In this document: one piece after another, positions 1-9,809 of the stretch
How the letters are laid out: each line of letters starts with the position of its first letter
Position numbering within the stretch: position 1 is the stretch's first letter
DNA from: Trichoplax adhaerens
Lineage: Eukaryota; Animalia; Placozoa
Assembly (NCBI RefSeq): GCF_000150275.1
Contig: NW_002061062.1
Span: 1-13,853, forward strand
Length of the DNA: 13,853 bases
Direction: 5' to 3'
Program-made: the position numbers and the translations under genes
The notes under the pieces: model-generated
What the model was told of the DNA's origin: nothing
The model's input: only the letters and a program-made list of their open reading frames with translations
Databases searched by the model: none

Positions 1-864
1 AGGAATATGACTATGCGTATACCAAGGCATTAAATCAAGGTCATTGCTATCATAATTTAATATGAGGCATGTTTATTGGCCCTCCCAATGTGGGTAAATC
101 TTCTGTTAGAAAAGTATTTATTCAACAAGTATTAATCATTAATCAATCTCCTACACAAGTGGTTGAGAATTCTGATTTCATGGTGGAGACTGAATAGTAT
201 GGTATTCATAATTGAAAGAGTTGTGACTGGACTGAGGTAGTAGACGATAAAGTCAAAACAAGCATCGATAGTCAAGAGAATATCAATCAGTAAATTACCC
301 GTGTGCATCCAATACATCGACCCGTTTTAACAGATAACCTACCATTGCCAAATTTACAAAAAAGACAATGTGCAATCTCCTATAGTTGGTAATGCTACAA
401 AAGAAGTAGCCATACCATTGAAAGAGATTGAAATCAAATCAGCGTCTAAACTCGCCTTAACTCAATATTACTGTTCGTCTATCATCGATCAAAGAACCAA
501 TAAACGTAATAATAATCAATATGTTAAAATATGGAATTTCGGTGGTCATGCCATCTATCATGTTAATCATTCTCCATTGATCTCTGCTAATAGTATTTAT
601 ATTGTAGTCTTTAATATGAATCAAGACATTAATGACAAGGTATGAACAAGACAGAACGAATCACTGAACATGACTTATTTACAAGCTATGCAAGAATGGC
701 TTACGCCGACCATAGGTAGCCATAGAAGGCAAAGTACAATAAATGTAAACTTTAATAGCGAAGATGAACAGTATTCATTACTTATTATTATTTCTAGTAG
801 CTTCTTATAGCGATTGTATTACAAAACAAGAAGATTGAAAAACTCCATTTAATCAATTTGTATC
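1..864 (+). pseudogene. Decayed, 3'-truncated ROC (Roco GTPase) exon, paralogous to 12009-12750
   Basis: Frame 3 reads EYDYAYTKALNQGHCYHNLI*GMFIGPPNVGKSSVRK, a P-loop GxxxxGKS colinear with KYYNAYSKALKHGHCFNHLIRGMFIGPRNVGKTSVRK near 12023-12133. After a frameshift it reads YVKIWNFGGHAIYH..NSIYIVVFN..YLQAMQEWL. Lesions: in-frame stops at 63-65, 195-197, 213-215 and 643-645, frameshifts, and G3 Asp changed to Asn. Homology ends at about 864, before COR. Confidence 0.92.
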
Positions 865-868
865 GGGT

Positions 869-1899
869 CACATAGGGACCAATAGTTGTCAGTGTCGCAT
901 ATGGACTACTAAAGAGTAAAGCGCGACATAGCCACAGGCGTCAACTGGGATTTTTAGCCAAGCAAGCTTCATGGTTATCAATAGCGCCCTTCCTCATGCA
1001 GGACTTTTGCAAGGAGTACTTATAGGTATGAAATAACCAATGAATTAGTAGTCTGTAATCGCTGATAAGTGCGTGTATTTAGTGTATATGCACTTGGATA
1101 GAGCTGTTTAGCCGAGTAGAGTTTTATTTCACCTGTCCTCCTCTTTTATCCACTAGCTCCTGTTTGCAATAAGCAGTGCGCAGTCGGATTGATAGGATTA
1201 AATCTACATCACAGCAAAATCATCAAGTTGTTCTATTAGCCGATTTTTAAAACATCCATTGGTAAGTGACCTATTCCGTTTAGGTATCCATCATTATACA
1301 TTGTATTTCAAGTAAAAATAGAAATTATAGATAGGTAAACGACTCCAACGAAACTATATTACAAGCATCCTTTCTTATTTTGCACTATCATTGATGTGGC
1401 TAGCATTCATTTGCTGTTGTCTATCAGGATAAAACGATTGTTGTTTGACGGTTATTATGATTATGAGTATAATGTATTTGTAAGCTGGAGTGCATTTTAT
1501 TAATGTACACGTAAATTAGTCTACTCCTTGGATTTAGTTTGGTATTGATTGATGTCAGCACACGATTGTCCGATAGCGTTGTCTTCAGTAATTATCTACA
1601 GAGATTGATTGAATGATTTTCGGATAATCTTCCATGCGGAATTGATAGACGACATTGTAGAAGTTGATTTATTGATACTTGAAAATTGTGTATAATGGAA
1701 TAATTGATGTTGTTCTGTTGAACTACGACTAGCACGTAAGTACAACCATTCCGACATAACCTCATTAATACGCAGAGATAATATCGATCCGATGATTAGT
1801 CATTAATGGTTGCAACGAAGCTTGATTTCAATCTTATTTGTCTCTAACCTGTCGTTCAAGTCTTTAACTAACATACTATTGAATTGAGTGAAGGGAAAG
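869..1899 (+). repeat. Upstream (promoter/5'UTR) block of TPR gene copy A; segmental duplicate of 8951-9809
   Basis: Long colinear near-identity with 8951-9809 (e.g. cacatagggac, agcaagcttcatggtt, cacgattgtccgatagcgttgtcttcagtaattatctacagag), continuing into the coding region. Confidence 0.95.
1262..1893 (+). other. Putative 5'UTR intron of TPR gene copy A
   Basis: Consensus donor G|GTAAGT at 1262, branch-point-like ACTAAC at 1867-1872, and AG at 1892-1893, 6 nt before ATG 1900. Copy B has ACTAAC at 9777-9782 and CAG at 9801-9803; its donor position falls in the N gap. Confidence 0.5.
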
Positions 1900-2331
1900 A
1901 TGGCTGATGATGAATCTGTCTGTTCTACGAGTATGCTTCCTCACCATACCCGTATACAATCACTGTACGAAAAGGGTAACTCATTCAAGACTGCCTTCCA
2001 GTTGGTGGACGGACTATCTTGTTATACACAAGCTGTCGATGAGATTGCTTCGTTGTCGAATCCTAGTGCGGATATTGATCGACTTGCATGCGATATTTAT
2101 CTTGGTCTTTGTGATATTTACACTTTACAATTTAAATTCATGAAAGCTGTTGAATGGAGTAAAAAGGGACAAACTGTGGCTACTAAACTGCAAGATGAAG
2201 TGAGCATGGCTCAATGCTTACTAAGAGAAAGCGAGATTAAGAGATACCAAGAGGATTACAACGGAGCACTGCAAGACGGTAAGAAATCGTTGGAAATGAA
2301 ATTAAAATGGTTAAACGAAAAGGATGCTCGT

Positions 2332-3308
2332 CTTGCCGATAGTTATCATCAAATTGGGCGACTCTACTGGGACTTGTGCAAGTACGATCAGGCTCTAGAT
2401 ATGCATAACAAGTCACTACAAATTGGATTGTCAGTTCTTGGTCACAATCATCCCCATGTTGCAAAGTCATATCACAACATAGGAGTTGTCTATCATGACC
2501 AAGGCAAGTACGATCAGGCTCTGGATATGTATGACAAGTCACTGCAAATTGGATTGTCAGTCCTAGGTCACAATCATCCCGATGTTGCGTGGTCATACAA
2601 TAACATAGGAGTTGTCTATAGAAGCTAAGGCAAGTACGATCAGGCTCTGGATATGTATTACAAGTCACTGCAAATTGGATTGTCCGTCCTTGGTCACAAT
2701 CATCCCGATGCTGCGCGGTCATATGGTAGCATAGGAGTTGTCTATTTTGACTTGGGCAAGTACGATCTGGCTCTGAATATGTATGACAAGTCACTGCAAA
2801 TTGGATTGTCAGTCCTTGGTCACAATCATCCCCATGTTGCGAAGTCATATCACAACATAGGACTTGTCTATCATCGCCAAGGCAAGTACGATCAGGCTCT
2901 GGATATGTATGAGAAGTCAATTGGATTGTCAGTCCTTGGTCACAATCATCCCGATGTTGCGCGGTCATATAACAGCATAGGAGTTGTCTATCGTCACCAA
3001 GGCAAGTACGATCAGGCTGTGGATATGTATGGCAAGTCACTGCAAATTCGATTGCAAGTCCATGGCCACAATCATCCCGATGTTGCGTGGCCATATAACA
3101 ACATAGGAGTTGTCTATCATCACCAAGGCAAGTACGATCAGGCTGCGGATATGTATGACAAGTCACTGCAAATTCGATTGTCAGTCCTTGGTCATAATCA
3201 TCCCCATGTTGCCAACTCATATAACAACATAGGAGCTGTCTAAGTGTCTATCATCACCAAGGCAAGTACGATCAGGCTATGGATAACTTTAACAAGTCAC
3301 TCGATATC
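2332..3308 (+). repeat. Coding tandem array, 8 x 126-bp TPR units (copy A)
   Basis: Units start at 2332, 2458, 2584, 2710, 2836, 2956, 3082 and 3208. Consensus VAxSYxxIGxVYxxQGKYDQALDMYDKSLQIxLSVLGHNHPx. Confidence 0.97.
3236..3251. mobile_element. Probable hAT-type transposon excision footprint (CTGTCTAA GTGTCTAT)
   Basis: Relative to the repeat consensus, the 8-mer CTGTCTAT is duplicated and the two inner bases are replaced by their complements (T>A, C>G). The 8-mer fits the nTnnnnAn target preference of hobo/Hermes-type hAT elements. Confidence 0.65.
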
Positions 3309-3861
3309 GCAACCTTAAGCGGAAATGATCGCCTAGTTACAAGGACCAAAAAGAATATCGAAATCACTCTCCAGAAGCAGAAATCGTCGACATCAATAGA
3401 TGTCTATGAGCACCAAGGCAAGTACGATCAGGCTGTGAATATGCATGAGGATTATAAATAAATGTGCATGTTTTCATTGTAATGATTTTATAGTGTGTCA
3501 CTAAAAAAAAAAAAATATTTGATAAGATGATATCTTATGGAGTAATTTATATCGCTTAATTTATTTTGTTAAGTGAAGGGATGTTATGTATGTAAGAATA
3601 CAGTAACCTGTTGTACTGCACCTAACGTGTTAGCATAAGTTAAGGTATAATACATTATCACGGCTATACTATTTAAATGCAGTAAATCCTAAATAAAAGA
3701 GACTTTTAGTAAGCTTACTAGGAGGAGTGTATCAAAGTCTCTCGTGCTTACGTTAACGACTAAGAGTGGAAACACAACGGATAACAGCTGCTTTAATATA
3801 AGAAAAGTGAATGGCTGAACATGTTGTTGTTATTAATGTTCTTCTATTACTTTTGAGCCAG

Positions 3862-3933
3862 ATAACAATCTTAGATCAGGAAAAAGAAAAAAGAATCCAG
3901 CGAAATGTCATTTATTTCCAGGAATGCATCCAG
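3862..3933 (+). CDS. Tentative 72-nt phase1-phase1 exon (xNNLRSGKRKKNPAKCHLFPGMHP) upstream of the ZU5 exon
   Basis: Pyrimidine-rich tract plus CAG at 3859-3861, donor CAG|GTTAAT at 3934, and phase compatible with the acceptor at 4182. No recognisable motif. Confidence 0.3.
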
Positions 3934-4182
3934 GTTAATTTTGTTTTGATTGGAGATAGGAGTGCAGTTTTCGACAGTATCTTTCTATCCACAACCTTTT
4001 CTCTCTAAATTGTAGTCCCATTATGTAATGACAGAGCTATTCTATTTATTAGTGCATTAAAATCGAAGAGTACTGTTAACTAGAAAAAACGCAGGCATAG
4101 GAGAACATTTCTTGTCATTGACAGTACTATCTAAATCATCAATTTCATTTCTATTCTTATATAACGTCAACTATCGCAACAG

Positions 4183-5138
4183 CCAAAGCTGGCTATCCAA
4201 AGGTATCGAATAACTGTCAAGTTAATCAAGATCATGATTTAACCTTGCCTGAAGTACCTGGATTAAAATTTCATCTTCCAGCTCAGTGTATAACAACCGA
4301 AGCCGCCCTAACCATGACTGTATACTATGCAGATCCACCTTATAATCAAGGTTTACCAATTCCGAAAGATGCTGATGGTAAACACTTTATCCAGTTATCG
4401 CCAATCGTTTGCCTCGAGCCTGATGGGTATCAATTTACCCCTAATAGCACAAGGAAAGCTTTACTTCAAGTCCCCGTTCCATATATCAACCAGATAGTTA
4501 CACTTAAGAAAAATAACAACTTTAATACCCCAATAAAAATCATTTGTCGAAGCTATGGAGGTGTGAAGTGGGAACAGCAAGATGTAGAGTATGAATATAG
4601 CCGCGATAAAAATGGATATTATTGCCTTACTTTTGCAGTAAGCCATTTCTCTGACTATGTCGTCTATTCCTACGTCAAATCTACCATTTATTCAATCCGC
4701 AAGTATATCTTTCCATCTCACCAGCAACAAATTAAAACGTTAGCTTTCCTATCCGAAATAGACACAAGTGATGATACCGTCCATATGAAATTAATCTTAT
4801 CTAAAAAAGATGAAGATGAAACTGCTATCGTGTCAGCATTCGATCAGACATTTATTAGGATACGTTTAGCTACGACTGGACTTGAAAATACTATTCTAGA
4901 TAATGGTCTATACTTCGCTATATTTGAGAAACGAGGTTTAGATTATCCTGAAGGTTATTTAAAGCCAAAGAAAGTTACTATCAATTAGAATGAGTTTAGC
5001 TATCATGCTATCCATTACTTTTGCAAGGTTATCGATAAAGCAGCTATTGATATAGCTCAAATCTTTCTACAGCCTCAAGACCAGAAGCAAGACACCAATG
5101 AAAAGGCTTGCTACTTGAGGAGAGTAAATTCCAACGAG
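4183..5138 (+). pseudogene. Exon encoding a ZU5 domain plus UPA-like region, with one in-frame TAG
   Basis: ZU5 hallmarks: PGLKFHLPAQC, LSPIVCLEPDGYQF (4395-4436), LLQVP, and FAVSHFS (HFS at 4644-4652). The frame continues past TAG 4986-4988 (NEFSYHAIHYFCKV...NSNE) to a phase-0 donor GAG|GTAAAT at 5139. The candidate acceptor CAG at 4180-4182 is less certain. Confidence 0.75.
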
Positions 5139-5228
5139 GTAAATGAACAATATCTATAATCAACCTTGAAGTTGTGAAGTATATAGACTCTGTTTAATTT
5201 ACTAAGTAAAGTTTGTCATGTTTGGCAG

Positions 5229-5304
5229 CCCAACCCATCAAAGCGGTCTGATCCAGAAAAGCTGCCTGTTCTACCCACTAAAGATCATTCAGCATTACCA
5301 GATG
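5229..5304 (+). CDS. Linker exon (PNPSKRSDPEKLPVLPTKDHSALPD) of the ZU5-death domain gene
   Basis: Acceptor tttggcag at 5228 (intron 5139-5228, 90 nt) and donor G|GTAATT at 5305. Phases 0 and 1 join both neighbouring exons in frame. Confidence 0.75.
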
Positions 5305-5384
5305 GTAATTTTGCAATAGCGTAAACAATAGTTGATTATTATCAAGAATTATGTGATGTAATACTTTCAGCTACGTTTGTCACT

Positions 5385-5666
5385 GATGATATGATCGCAT
5401 ACAGTTTTACTAGATGATGATATCACCAACGAATTTTTTAAGATCGTCATTAGAATATTTAGCTACTAGTAAGCTACTTTTAAGCTTTTTTTTTACGTTT
5501 ATTATTCATAATTATAGTAATTAATTTGCCCATTTAATCATAATAGTGACCAGAAGTGATTATTATGTATGATATTATCGCACAAAGTTCTGTTAGCTAA
5601 TTAGAATACCAACGAATATTTCAGATTATAATTAGAACATATAAACTACTACTCCACTACTTTACT
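5385..5666. repeat. Degenerate ~185-bp-period duplication within intron 5305-5852
   Basis: tgatatgatcgcatacagttt...caccaacgaattttttaagatcgtcattagaata...ctactttt (about 5385-5480) recurs as tgatattatcgcacaaagttc...taccaacgaatatttcagattataattagaaca...ctacttta (about 5570-5665). Confidence 0.6.
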
Positions 5667-5852
5667 TGCGAGTATCCAACAATAAGTAAAATGAATTAGG
5701 TTAAATTAAAACAAATGTATCCACATTTAAATTATTGAGTCATATTGATGTACACAGCTGGGTATGCGGGTTCGGCTAGTCCATGATAAGATAATTTCAA
5801 TTTGTAATTTTAAGATGACGTATGTGGTAATATATTCATTCGTGCCTTATAG

Positions 5853-6109
5853 ATCCTGGAAACTATTTTCACTCGATCGCTAGTTGTGTTGGTGTAGACT
5901 GGATAAAATTAGCAACAGTCCTAGATCCAACGATTGATACTGAGGTTATCGAAGCAAAACATCGTGGCCATACCTATAACAGTGCTATCCAATTGCTTCA
6001 TCAGTGGTACAGAAGGAAATACCCAGAAGCTACCCTTATTCTATTGCGAAACGCTTTGGAAACGATTAACAGAAATGATATTATTATCCCAAACGAACAA
6101 AATTCCTAG
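5853..6109 (+). CDS. Terminal exon encoding a death domain
   Basis: After acceptor ccttatag (5852) it reads DPGNYFHSIASCVGVDWIKLATVLDPTIDTEVIEAKHRGHTYNSAIQLLHQWYRRKYPEATLILLRNALETINRNDIIIPNEQNS* (TAG 6107-6109). This matches the DD pattern WxxLAxxL...LLxxW...ATxxxLxxALxxIxRxDI. Not in the ORF track. Confidence 0.88.
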
Positions 6110-6195
6110 AGGACTAATCTTCTTTCGTCTACTATAGTGTAGATTCTAATTTATTGATGGTCTATTTGTGCTTATTTGCATTTTTTCAAGATCAA

Positions 6196-6201
6196 AATAA
6201 A
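6196..6201 (+). terminator. Candidate polyadenylation signal of the death-domain exon
   Basis: AATAAA 87 nt after the stop, with a second at 6243-6248. The hexamer is common in AT-rich DNA. Confidence 0.35.
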
Positions 6202-8017
6202 TAGCATTATAAGAAAATAATGTTTTATTTCGCCTTGGTTGAAATAAACCAACAATTTAATGGATAATATTAGCAATGCTCAATGTTATCGATTTCAATT
6301 TTTCAGCTTCGCCATCACAATCACGTTTTGTGTAAGAATCTGCTGATGTAAAAATTAAGTTTTTAACATTTTATTCCTGTGCACAACGAAATTGCAACAT
6401 TATAAGCATCATAAATTTACTTTAAATACTTATGGAGCACTTACAAATTGCTGGTGAAGGATAAAACATTTGTAATTGTAAAGCATTCTAAAGCGTTTGT
6501 TAATTACGGTTTCTATTCATTTTTGCTTGTACTAATCGTGAGTTAAACTTGTTAATGCTATACTATTTTATGCAAAGTGACGTTGTTTCAGACGGTAAAA
6601 TTAACCTACTTTATGATAAGTTATAAAGATCCTGACAATAAAGAAATCGTTTGCTATAATGAATTGTAAGAAGAGCTAGTTAATTGCCAGTTATCGACTG
6701 TGAATAGCTTCTAGTCATGATTGCTACGAAGTACGAAATTAAGACGAAATTGCTTTACTGTATTTGATCTTTCCATCTCGCTCCAGGCTTGTCCTGCCAA
6801 TTTGTACGACATTTCATCAAGACAGTATGAGCTAAAACGAGCAAAAGACTCTTGAATAATTTGAGTCAATGGAAGATCAAATGAATAAAACCAAGTAGAG
6901 TCCGTCTATGGTTCGTTTAAAATTGCACCATCGGTACCTTTCCTGTAATCGTCGAGCGCCACTGCTCATGGAGCGGGTACAATCTTTGTGGCTATTACCC
7001 AAGTTTGACAAGCTACTCTAGTACTCCTCATGGAGAAATTGATTAGTCTTGTACAGTAAACGGACTGTTTATAAGCTAGAATACATTAGTGTACTGCATC
7101 AAATCGCAGTTTCGATAGCATATCAGCTTCCACGAGAATGCTCCTGTCTTGATTATTTTAGACGAGTTAGTACTTGGTACAAGATGGTAGTACTGTACAG
7201 CTAGTGCACCTGTAAAATGTCATCACCTGTTTTAACCAGAGTTGAGCAAGTTACCCTGATGTTAACAGTTAACCGCTCAATATTGGTTTTGAACTTATTG
7301 CATTGGTATCAACTTCATGTAGAAACAGTTTAGGAAGCTTTAAGAAGTAGTTTACTTAAAATTACATAGTACAGCGTGGAGACTGTCCAAGATTGGTATA
7401 TTATTTTGACTAGGAATAATTTGTGAGCATGCACGTATAGCATAGACTTGGTAATTCTCCTCCATGTAGTTGATGAAAGTACCAACCATGTCCATTTTAG
7501 CTCTATCGTCTGAAGCCAACATTAGCGTGCCTTGGGCATCAATGTTAAAGTAGCGTAAATTAGTGCATACGAGAAATAAGCGTAGATGATTCTTTTAATG
7601 TTGCATCTTTTAGCCTCCTTGAATTAGTATAAAGATTGTTCTTCCGATGGCAGAAATTACTGTTGGCCACTGTTTTATTGGTGATCATCATCGACGATGA
7701 GTCCAATAACTAAGCCATCTTGCTGAATCGCTTGATATCATCTTCATCGTGCGCTACTGTATTCCGTTGATTTTTTACTGTCATTTGTCAAACAGTTTAT
7801 AAAAGTATACTAAAAATTTTCTTTAAATGGTGTATATTAACAACTCATTGATTGTTAATTATTGAATAAAATTAAGGTAGTAATCATATGGAATTGCTAT
7901 GGATTGCAGTACTTCCAGTATGTATGAAGGGTTACATCTTGTATCGATAGCATGCAATTTGCAATCAGGCCAAACAGTACTCACGCCAACCCTGTCAGGA
8001 GATTTTAATTTGATCTT

Positions 8018-8067
8018 NNNNNNNNNNNNNNNNNNNNNNNNNNNNNNNNNNNNNNNNNNNNNNNNNN
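8018..8067. other. Assembly gap (50 N)
   Basis: Run of N. Confidence 0.99.
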
Positions 8068-8950
8068 TATCCAATGTTGTAATCCGTTGTTGATGTATCT
8101 GGTTAGTCTAAAAAATTCATGATTGCGATTGTACAATCTTTATTAGTATGGCTTACAATTTGACCATGCAAATGTCTATCATTAATTCATCATCGGACTA
8201 CGAACGTTGTATACAAAATGATAATATTTGTTACAAGCAATATCTTTTATTAAATTTATGGCATTCTTTGTTGAGCTACAGTAGATTCAATGGATCGGAT
8301 AATGTCAATGATGTATATTGAAATAGACTGCTATCATTTCTCTATGTCTCTACAGTATGTTATATAATATTCATCGCTATTCTTTCTTGCAGTTTACTAT
8401 CAGAAACCTATCCTGAACAGTCGCTCCTTTAAGTTATTACTTGATGAATTTCATAGTTGATAATTTGAGAGTTTTATATGGCAGTAACAAGCTCATTATC
8501 AAATTGAATTGCAATGAGCACAGACTGCGGAGCCACGACAATAAATAGCGTACGGTAGACTGCAATCAAATTGTTGATAAAATGATAGCTTTATTGATAG
8601 ACTGTAATAGAAGAAAATGGATAAGGATAATATGTCAACTATCCTTACTTAGAGAGAACGATATTTTGTTGGTAACTTGTATCTACCCATGCAATAGTTC
8701 ATTGGCATCAAACTTTAGCAAATAATATGATTGACGGCTTACTAAGCTAACAAGACATAAGAAATTCGGTAGGGAAGATACTCGTAGGTTAATCTTAAAC
8801 TCGTATTTAATAAACTAATACAAATTAGAGCTGTTCTAATTTCATAAGGTCTTATGACTATGCACAAATCATTGCAAAGAAACCTAATTTATTTATTTAC
8901 CTTACCTTCATTTTATTTATTTACCTTTATCCGTCGGCTATCGCATCATC

Positions 8951-9809
8951 CACATAGGGACTACTTACGAATAAAAGCGTGTCATAGCCGCAGGTTTAAC
9001 TGGGATTTCTAGCAAGCAAGCTTCATGGTTACCAATAGTGCCCTTCCTCGTGCAGGACTTTGCAAGGAGTTTTTATAGTTAGGAAATAACCAATGAGTTA
9101 GTAGTCTGTAATCGCTGATACACTGTAGTATTTAGATGTGCTGATCAGTGCGTGTATTTAGTGTATATGCAGTTGGATAGAGCTGTTTAGCCGAGTAGAG
9201 TTTTATGTCACCTGTCGTTCTCTTTTTATCCATTAGCTCCTGTTGCAATAAGCAGCGCGCAGTCGGATTGGTAGGATTAAATCTACGTAACAGCAAAATC
9301 ATCAAGTTGTTATTAGCCGATTNNNNNNNNNNNNNNNNNNNNNNNNNNNNNNNNNNNNNNNNNNNNNNNNNNTCTATTAGAATAAAAAGATTGTTGTTTG
9401 ATGGTTATTATGATTATGAGTATAATCTATTTGTAAGCTGGAGTGCATTTTGTTAATGTACACGTAAGCACACGATTGTCCGATAGCGTTGTCTTCAGTA
9501 ATTATCTACAGAGATTGATTGAATGATTTTCGGATAATCTTCCATGCGGAATAGATAGGCAATATTGTAGAAGTTGATTTATTGATGCTTGAAAATTGTG
9601 TATAATGGAATAATTGATGTTGTTCTGTTGAACTACGACTGGCACGCAAGTACAACTATTCCGACATAACCTCATTAATACGCAGAGATAATATCGATCC
9701 GATGATTAGCAATTAATGGTTGCAACGAAGCTTGATTTGAATCTTATTTGTCTCTAACCTGTCGTTCAAGTCTTTAACTAACATATTTTTGAATTGAGTG
9801 CAGGAAAAG
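8951..9809 (+). repeat. Upstream (promoter/5'UTR) block of TPR-Roco gene copy B; duplicate of 869-1899
   Basis: Colinear with 869-1899. Shared CCAAT (1037-1041 / 9090-9094) and ACTAAC plus AG before the ATG. Confidence 0.95.
9323..9372. other. Assembly gap (50 N)
   Basis: Run of N; its flanks correspond to 1245 and 1420 of copy A. Confidence 0.99.

Larger units (their letters stand above)
1900..3461 (+). pseudogene. Disrupted TPR-repeat gene copy A (42-aa kinesin-light-chain/TPR_12-like repeats), paralog of 9810-11928
   Basis: ATG 1900 (MADDESVCSTS...) is nearly identical to copy B. Lesions: CAA>TAA stop at 2626-2628, 6-bp deletion after 2919, 8-bp insertion at 3236-3251 causing a stop and frameshift, and loss of homology to copy B at about 3399, before the ROC exon. 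The ORF-track pieces 1888-2628, 2653-3243 and 3279-3461 are fragments of one gene. Confidence 0.92.

Noticed and set aside
1900-2331. Apparent excess of nonsynonymous differences between the A and B N-termini (hand count about 17 vs 4)
   Set aside because: The ratio is near the neutral expectation and copy A is a pseudogene, so it is not evidence of positive selection.
2237-3220. 327-aa antisense ORF (likewise 10648-11640, 10168-10380, 10429-10632)
   Set aside because: Shadow of the 126-bp coding repeat: one stop-free antisense frame is multiplied by tandem repetition, and it is interrupted at different places in the two copies.
3457-3515. AATAAA plus A13 as a sign that copy A is a retrocopy
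   Set aside because: Copy A keeps about 1 kb of upstream genomic sequence, including the putative intron, so it is a DNA-level duplicate; no target-site duplication was seen.
5934-6137. Small ORF-track entries (5934-6137, 132-317, 1907-2143, 3811-4008, 4461-4646, 9205-9456, 9817-10113, 12793-12996, 13356-13604)
   Set aside because: These are alternative-frame or antisense overlaps of better-supported exons, or they span N gaps; none has a recognisable motif.
8475-8590. TIR-like look of minus-strand FIVVAPQSV...ELVTAI
   Set aside because: Resemblance is too weak, lacks the core S-x-W-C motif, and is surrounded by stops.
9001-9065. NF-kB-like motifs (gggatttct, ggactttgc) in the upstream block
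   Set aside because: Neither matches the full GGGRNWYYCC consensus, and the first differs in copy A.
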